A stretch of 63,717 nt of DNA, filler included, from Reclinomonas americana ATCC 50394 (Eukaryota): assembly GCA_048213135.1 (NCBI GenBank). It is 6 parts of 2 records of this genome, joined end to end, with 100 filler letters (N's around TTAATTAATTAA, not from the genome) between each part and the next. Parts side by side here need not be neighbours in the genome. Positions count along the whole stretch, not along the records: positions 54,040 to 58,220 come from PS015046.1; positions 58,321 to 60,399 come from PS015046.1; positions 60,500 to 63,717 come from PS015046.1; 3 more parts are not named here. The stretch is one strand, 5' to 3'. Each line of letters starts with the position of its first letter. The stretch's first letter is position 1. The notes beneath the pieces were generated by a model. The model was not told the DNA's origin. It saw only the letters and a program-made list of their open reading frames with translations, and did not search any database. Below are positions 56,204 through 63,717 of the stretch, piece by piece. Position numbers and translations under genes: made by a program.

Positions 56204-59200
56204 GGGAGGGAGAAGAGAGAGCTTTGTGTTGTGTGTTGTGTGCATTTGTGTTTGTGTGTTGAGAGTTTGCAGTATGCATGTGTTTTGCATGTTTGGAGTG
56301 TGTGAGTGTTTGCGAGTGTGTGTGAGAGAGAGTGTGTGTGTGTGAGAGAGAGAGAATGAGATAGTTTGTTTGGTGCGCTTAGGCGTCACGGATAATGCAG
56401 CAAAAGGTGCACTTATCCGTCGCCTGCATGCACTTTTTTCTCTCACTCACTCCTGCTCATTCTCTCACACACACTCACATATGCACACACACATGCATAC
56501 TTATTAAAACCGGACACAAAACGAATGTGAACCTGCTCTCACCCTCCTTCTTCTGCCTCCCTTCACTCCCACACTTTCCCTCTCTTCCCCTCACTATCCC
56601 ACTCTTTCCGCTCACTTTTCCACTCTTTCCACTCACTTTTCCACTCTTTCCACTCACTTTTCCACACTTTTCCACTCTTTCCCCTCATTTTCCCTCACTT
56701 TCCCTCACTCTCACATCTTCACACTCTCTCGCCTCACTTTCCCACTCTTTCCGCTCACTTTCCCTCTCTTGCCCCTCACTATCCCACTCTTTCCCCTCAC
56801 TTTCCCTCACTTTCCCTCACTCTCCCATCTTCACTCTCTTTCCCCTCACTCTCCCACTCTTTCCGCTCTCTTTCTCACACTTTCCGCTTACTTTCCCACT
56901 GTTTCCGCTCACTGTTCGTTTCCCTCACCTTCCCTCTCTTTCCCCTCACTTTCCCTCACCCTCCCTCTCCCTCTCCCTCTCCTCTCCTCCCCAGCAGGTC
57001 GACGTTCAACAAGCCGAGCTGGCCCTCCAACGCGCCCGCGAACAGGCGAGCGCCGAGGAATTCGCTCGCATGCGTGCTGAAGCCGAGGCGCAGCGACGCG
57101 CCGAGGTGCAGGCCGCTCACGAGCGCGCAGAAGCCGAAGCCGCGCGGTTGCGTGCCGAGGCCGAGGCAGAGCTTCTGAAGCAGCAAAAGGAGCGGGAGCG
57201 GAAAGCCAAGGCTGCGGCTGCTGCTGCTGCGCCGGCGTCTGCGCCTGTGGAGACGAGTGAGGCGGAGGATCGGTTGCACTCGGTGTCGCCGTTCATGGGC
57301 ACTGCGTTGGAGGTGCAGCAGGTGCACGACTCGTTGGTGATGAAGCCGCAGCCGCGCACCAGCAAGAACTTCAAGGGCTTCACTCTCGGCTTCACCTCGC
57401 CGCAGTCGCCAGCCGGTGATGAGATGGCGCTGCGCTATGCGTGCAAGTTGAATGCGGTGGCGCCGGCATGGTATACTGTGCGGCGGTGAGTGCACGAATG
57501 CAGGGGAAGCGAGGGTTGTGCAATCTCACTCACTCTTACCTGATCAGCGGCTCTGATGGCTCGTTCGTGGTTCACGGAGGCGACGGCAATGCAGTCGACG
57601 ACAAGCTTGACTACGTGAGCGACATGCGCTCGAGCTGCAAGAAGTTGAGTCGCGCACGTGTGTGTCTTCGGTTCCCTGACAGATTCCTTACTTCTGGGGG
57701 CGGCGGTCCAGATCGCCCAAGGTGATGCCACGCTGCAAGTTTGAGGCCGGTTCGTGGTCGGAGGACGACATTAACGCGTTCTTCCGGGAGGGATCGCAAT
57801 CGTTTGACGTTGCTGGCGCCGTCGCTGCTCGTCTCCGATCCATTGCCGCGTTGCGTCAGAGGGGGAGGAGAGGGGAGGAAGGGGAAGGGAGTGGGAGGGA
57901 GAGAAGAGAAACGGGAGAAAAGGTGGCAGAGCAGGAGAAGAATGAGGGAGAGAGAAGTGTCGCGTGCTTCGTCTTGCCACTCTCTTCCTATCCTGTTAAC
58001 TTTCTTTCTCCTTCCAGCTACCCTTTCCCCCTCATTCCTCCACTTTCCCCTCTCTTACCCCTCCTTCCTCCTCTCCCCCTCTTTCCCCTTCATCTTTCTT
58101 CCCTCTTCCCCCTTTCTCTTAATCTCTCTTCCCTCTTCCCCATCTCTTCCCCTCTCCTCTCTTTCTCACTTAATTCTTCCCCTATCTTACCCTGCTTCCC
58201 CTCCTTCCCCTCCTTCCCCTNNNNNNNNNNNNNNNNNNNNNNNNNNNNNNNNNNNNNNNNNNNNTTAATTAATTAANNNNNNNNNNNNNNNNNNNNNNNN
58301 NNNNNNNNNNNNNNNNNNNNCTTCCCCCTCCTTCCCCTCCTTCCCCTCCTTACCCTCCTCCCACTCTTCCCCCTCTCCTCCCACTCTCCCTCCCCCCACT
58401 CTTTCCCCTCCTTCCCCTCTTCCCCCTCCCTTCCCCACTCTTTCCCCACTCTTTCCCGTTCTTCCCCGCTTCTCACTTTCCCCCTCCTGTCCCAGTGACA
58501 CCGGTGTGGACGGCTTCGTGGTCGACTGGAGTGGCTTCACCACCGAGGACATCACCAAGATCGCTCCGGCGTTTTTCGAGGGCCTCAAGACCGGCCGTAT
58601 TGGTGGCCGTGAGATTCGTCCCGTCAATGGCACGGCCGCGGAGCTCGAGTCGTTGACCGTGGTGTGGTCCGTGAAGGTACTGGGAGAGACAAGGGAGAGA
58701 GAGAGAGAGAGTCCACTTGTCCCGTTTTGCTGATTATGTTGCAGGTTCCCAATGCCGTCGACGCGGTTCCGCAGCTCGCCGACGTGCTGCACTCGACCGA
58801 CAAGCACGTGGACATGTTCTCGCTGAACACGTACTCGTACGCCGGATCGCTGCAGTTTTGTTGATGGTATCTCTCTCTCTTTCTCTTTCTATCTGCTCAC
58901 TTGTCTTTTTCGCAGAGGCCCGCTGGCTCCGTACCAGTGGCTGAGCAACGTGTTGCGTGTGTTGACTCGCGGTGCCGGCGTGACGGTGAATGTGTCGACC
59001 TCGGATGCCGCGGCGGCCGCGGACAGCCAAGTCAGTGATACTCGCTTCGCCAAGAAGCTGCTACTGGGTCTGCCGTTCTTTGGGTGAGTGGGGGGTGGTG
59101 GCAAGGAGAGGAGAGGGCGATTCTGTTGTTCATCTCTTGCTTGTGTGCAGATACGAGTACGTGGACGGCGCGCGCATGCGCCAGGTGAATTCCAAGTACT

Positions 59201-59590
59201 TTGCCGAGCAGGTGGAGTCGCCGCACAACATTTACTGGAACGAGGAGGACCACGAGCATGTGTTCATGTCGTTGACGGCGTCGATGCATGGTCGCCACCG
59301 CATGACGTACCCCACGTTCCAGGTGTGTGAGGGAAGGGGAGAGGGGGAGGGAGGGAGAGGGGGAGAGGGAAAGTGAGCGGTGATTCTTGCCTTGTGTCTC
59401 ATTTTTTCTCTCTGCGCCTCCAAAGTTCCTCGCCGACCGCCTGGAGCTCGCCAAGGAGTACCACGTGGGTGTGGCCGTGTCGGATTTGGGTGAGTGGGCG
59501 CGGGTGTTGGCGTGTGCGTTGTGATCGCCCGCCTCTAACTGCAATGACAACGCAGGTGATGGACTCGAGGGCTTCTTTGGCCTTCTCTAA
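55887..59590 (+). CDS. CHID1: CHID1/SI-CLP-like inactive GH18 protein with N-terminal membrane anchor and coiled-coil stalk
   Basis: NFKGFTLGFTSP, KLNAVAPAWY, VDGFVVDW, FSLNTYSY..GPLAPYQW, KKLLLGLPFFGYEY, EHVF, YPTFQFLADRLELAKEYHVGVAVSDLGDGLEGFFGLL* are colinear with the CHID1 motifs. Confidence 0.88.
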
Positions 59591-60015
59591 GCCGCACACG
59601 CCCACAAGCCGGCGATTGTTCTCCTCTTGTGCCGTGTCGCACTCTCGTCTTCGACAAGTGCAGACAGCGTGACGAATAAAAGAGGTGAATGTGCGGGGAA
59701 AAGGAAGCGAGGGTGTGTCGGAAAGGGGGCGTGCTGAAGGAGGCAACAGCAAGACCAATGTCGACAATGACAACCACTCGGCTACACCTCAGTTCCTTCC
59801 CGAACTCACTTGCACTTGCCTGGCTGTGTTGGTTTTCCTTATGTCTTCTGACACCAACACCTCTTGCTATCTTTCTGCATTCCTTTGTGGAATCCATGAT
59901 CGTCATGAGCCTTGCAGAAACGCCAGCATCAGCCATCTTCTCGCTTTTTCCCGTGATGTCTGAGTTTCTGGTACTCACTCAAGATGGTGATCATCACACA
60001 GCTGTGTTGCTGAAA

Positions 60016-60170
60016 ATCGCAGTTCTCGACTTGTTCTGAGCTCCGAGAGCGAACACACACAAACACAAGAAACCTGCTGCTGCATCAAGACTGGTGTTTG
60101 TGTTGATGTTTTGGATACGGTTGAACTTGGTCATCAAGACAGCTGTTGCTTGTTTGTTGGTGAATGAGTT
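60016..60170 (+). repeat. Dispersed repeat family, copy D
   Basis: Directly similar to copy A; ends ~90 bp upstream of the GILT ATG. Confidence 0.85.
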
Positions 60171-60263
60171 TGTTGTTGTAAGTTGCTTCTGTAGGGTTGG
60201 TTGTCTACGGCTGACGTCATTGTCTCCATCTGTCCCCTTTGTCTGTTTTTTTGTGTGTGTGAC

Positions 60264-62077
60264 ATGCGCTCTTCGTTTGTGCTTCTCGCGTGCGCCTTGG
60301 CGCTGAGCTGCGTGGCGGTGTCGGTGTTCGCCGCCGGCAACATCGTCAACTTTGAGTTGGTGAGTGCGTGTCAAGAGAGATGTCATGACTTGGACAACAN
60401 NNNNNNNNNNNNNNNNNNNNNNNNNNNNNNNNNNNNNNNNNNNTTAATTAATTAANNNNNNNNNNNNNNNNNNNNNNNNNNNNNNNNNNNNNNNNNNNNA
60501 AGGCTGTGAGAGCGGAGTATGAGTACTGCGTGGAGTGGGTGTGAGTGACAATGGGGAAATGCGCTGGAAAGGCATATGCAGTGCTTCGTCTTCTGAGCCT
60601 CGAATCATGGTCTCATGCTTGCTTTGTCTTGTGCAGCTTGAACATCACCCTGGTGCCGTACGGTGAGGATTCATTCCTTCTTGTGCATGAGAAATGTGTC
60701 CCTCGTTCTCGCTTTGTTGACTGTGTACCTCGCACCCCTCAACGTCTTTCTCCTCTTGCACTCATCTCCCCTTGTTCAACCAATCACAGGCAATGCCCAG
60801 GAGTACCGTGACTCGAGGTGAGCCAGCACCTGTCCCGCCTGTGCCTCCTTCCTTTCTCTCCCTCACGCATTCCTTTTCTCTCGCGCAGCGGAAGCTGGTC
60901 GTTCAACTGCCAGCACGGCCCGTCGGAGTGCCAGGGCAACATCATGGAGGTACCTCTTCTCCCGGTCGTACGTCATCGCTGCCCAACACACGCATTCATT
61001 CTCGTCTATCCGCCAGACCTGCGCCCTCAAGCTGAACCCCTTCAACACGGCCCTCAGCTTTATCCTGTGCGCCGAGAAGGGTGACAGCCCCGCCACCGTT
61101 GCGTCCACACACAAGCCTATTTCGTCGGCAGAGTCGTCTCCGTGCCCATTTTCTTTGTGAGCAGGTCGGCTCTGTGTGCGCGCAAAAGTACGGCCTGAAC
61201 TGGAGCAACATCTCCTCGTGCATGACCTCGGCTCAGGTGCGTGTCGGTGGTGTCCCTTCCCCCGTTCCCTCTACATCCATCTCACCTCCTCTGCAGGGCA
61301 ACCAGTGGGAGCACGAGATGGCACAGAAGACCAGCGCCCTGCGCCCGGCTCACCAGTACGTGGTTCGTTGACCCGTCCTTGTGCATCGGAGTCATGTCTC
61401 TCTCGCTCTCTCTCTCACACACACACTCACTCACTCTCGCTGCGCGTGTACGTTTCTGTGTAAGTACGTGTATCGCTGCCCGTGCCTTCGATACCTCTTC
61501 GTCACTTTCTCTCTGTCTGTCTCTATGTGTCTATCTGTTTGTGTGTATGTGCGCGTACGTGCGTATTGGTGATACCTGCTTCCCGTGCCTCCTATCTCAT
61601 TCGTATCTATCTCTCTGTCTGTGTGTGTGTCTCTCTCTCTCACTCTTGCTGTGTGCATTAGTACGTGCCTCCAGTTCCTCTTCGTCACTTTCTCTCTGTC
61701 TGTCTATGTGTCTATCTGTTTGTGTGTATGTGTGTACGTGCGCGTGCGTACGTATTGGTGAAACATGCGAGCTCTTTCGTATCTTTCTCTGTGTTTATCT
61801 GTCTCTGTGTGCGTGTGCGTGTGTGTTCTTTAGGCCTGCTTCCCCTGCCTCCCAACTCTCTCCGTCTCTATCTCTCTCTGTCTGTCTGTCTGTCGGCTTC
61901 CCGTCTCTCCTTCTCCGTCTCTTCCTCTCCCTTTGTGTGCTCACCTGCACTGCCCCACAGCCGTGGGTCGTCGTCAATGGTGTCCACACCGAGAGCATGA
62001 ACGATGCCGTGCTCGACGACATGCTCGGCTACGTCTGCAAGCTGTTCACTGCTCCCAAGCCGGCCGGCTGCCAGTAA
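60264..62077 (+). CDS. IFI30: Gamma-interferon-inducible lysosomal thiol reductase (GILT) homologue; CXXC exon falls in gap
   Basis: Signal peptide MRSSFVLLACALALSCVAVSVFA; LVPYGNA; signature CQHGPSECQGNIMETC; HQYVPWVVVNG; YVC..PKPAGCQ*. Confidence 0.92.
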
Positions 62078-62225
62078 TTGCGCACCGACTCGCTGCGCCT
62101 CTTTGTCTCGCGACTCGTGGATGATGGCGCGTTTGTTCTTTCCTCTCTCTTTTCCATCTCAACCCCTCGAATATTACAAGCACACAATTCCTGAAACATA
62201 CAATTTTTTCCTAACAAATAATTCA

Positions 62226-62900
62226 TCATTTTCCGCCCTCAAACACGCTGCGCCCGCACCAACGATGAGCAACAGAAAACAAGGGAAATGTGCGGGCGAT
62301 GAAACGCAACTTTGCCGCAGGCAGCGGATGCTCCTTGAACCAGTCGTGCTCCAGCGCCTTGGCCGCCGTCATGCGCTGCGTCGGATCGTAGTGCAGCAGC
62401 TGCATGATGAGGTCAAAGCCGGCGCGCGAAATGTGCCGTTGCACAAAGGCGAATGGTCGTGAGTTGAACGGGCGGCTGCGAGCGAGATGGATGAGAGGAG
62501 TGAGAATAGAGGATCAGGACGGTGATAGCACTCACGTGTCACCGGGCAGCTCGCAAAACCGCGACCACAGCGGCATGCGCTCCAGGTCGGGCCACTCTTG
62601 CACGGTGGGTTTGCCGCGCACCTGTGGGACGAGAGATTGAGGGAAACGGAACAGGGAAGAGAATGGAAGGAGAAAACGGGTGGGGGACAAGAAGAAAGCA
62701 TACTAAGAGAGCACGAGAGAGAAAGAAAGAAAGGAGAGAGAGAGAGAGAGCAAGTGAGAGAGAGGGAGAAGTGGGAAAGAGAAAGGAGGGGAAGTGGCAA
62801 GCAGGGGGCATGCAACAGTTGCAGGCAGTCGGCACACTGAGCGACGCAGGTACGAAGAAAAGAGAGCACAGAAACGGTGGAGAAAGAGAGACAAAGAGAC

Positions 62901-62939
<39 letters not shown>

Positions 62940-63181
62940 AGCGAGAGAGGAAGGGCAGTGACAACTAAATCCNNNNNNNNNNNNNNNNNNNNNNNNNNNN
63001 NNNNNNNNNNNNNNNNNNNNNNNNNNNNNNNNNNNNNNNNNNNNNNNNNNNNNNNNNNNNNNNNNNNNNNNNNNNNNNNNNNNNNNNNNNNNNNNNNNNN
63101 NNNNNNNNNNNNNNNNNNNNNNNNNNNNNNNNNNNNNNTTGGTTGACTTCTCAGAGCCCTTGTACACGTCGCCATATGTAC
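62226..63181 (-). CDS. CDK-family kinase, probably CDK8/CDKE-like (partial; middle in gap, 5' end unresolved)
   Basis: TYGDVYKG; GKPTVQEWPDLERMPLW; GFDLIMQLLHYDPTQRMTAAKALEHDWFKEHPLPAA/NVFEGGK*. Confidence 0.8.
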
Positions 63182-63644
63182 TGCACAGAAGAAAGTAACG
63201 GGTGAATGAGGGGAGAGCAAGAGGGAGAAGAAGGAGGAGGAGGAGGAGAAGAAGATGATGATGATGATGAAGAAGAAGAAGAAGAAGAAGAAGAAGAGCG
63301 TGTTTGAAAGCAACCCTGCCAGATGTGATGCTGCATAGAGAGGGGAGAGAGAGCGCGCGCGAGATCTCTTCTCTTTCTCTCTCTGTCTCAGCACACTGTC
63401 TCGCTGTCGTCATTGCCCCCACTTATCCTTCTTCTCTCCTCGCTCTCCCCTCTCTCTCTCGCACTCTCTAGAGGAAGGAGAGAGGAGAGAGAGGAGAGAA
63501 GAAGAAGAAAGAGAGAACGTGAGAAAGAGAAGGCAAAGAGGACAGTGCGAAATGCAAGCTGAGTTCGTTAAATGTGATGATGCACAGAGAGAGAGGCAGG
63601 TCGAGTTCGTATTTGAATGCATCGATGCCGTCAGATGTGATGAT

Positions 63645-63694
<50 letters not shown>

Positions 63695-63717
63695 AACGAA
63701 GAAGAGAAGAAGAGAGA

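Overview
Eukaryotic, GC-rich, intron-dense genomic scaffold, probably from a protist; the species cannot be identified from this window. It has many N-gaps and five artificial TTAATTAATTAA spacers. I spliced the genes by hand and found about 21 protein-coding genes or fragments: WD40 protein, LRR protein, RPS5, SET-domain protein, two tandem multi-pass membrane paralogues, two unknown genes head-to-head, Rac GTPase, SANT+FYR protein, two mitochondrial phosphate carriers alternating with two near-identical NHL/cadherin-like secreted protein genes, SWR1-type remodeller, an unknown basic protein fragment, an intronless bacterial-type VOC/glyoxalase, a GT41/OGT-like protein, a CHID1-like GH18 protein, GILT and a CDK8-like kinase. 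Strongest observations: (1) a very common atypical 5' splice-site class, GTT-GC/GA-GT, which is the normal donor shifted by one base; (2) a Rac gene with two alternative CAAX terminal exons, resembling KRAS4A/4B and the Cdc42 isoforms; (3) a signal-peptide GT41 lacking its catalytic and UDP-binding residues; (4) candidate bacterial gene transfers; (5) a dispersed repeat family and a gene duplication bracketed by direct repeats. Exon coordinates were derived manually and have no transcript support.
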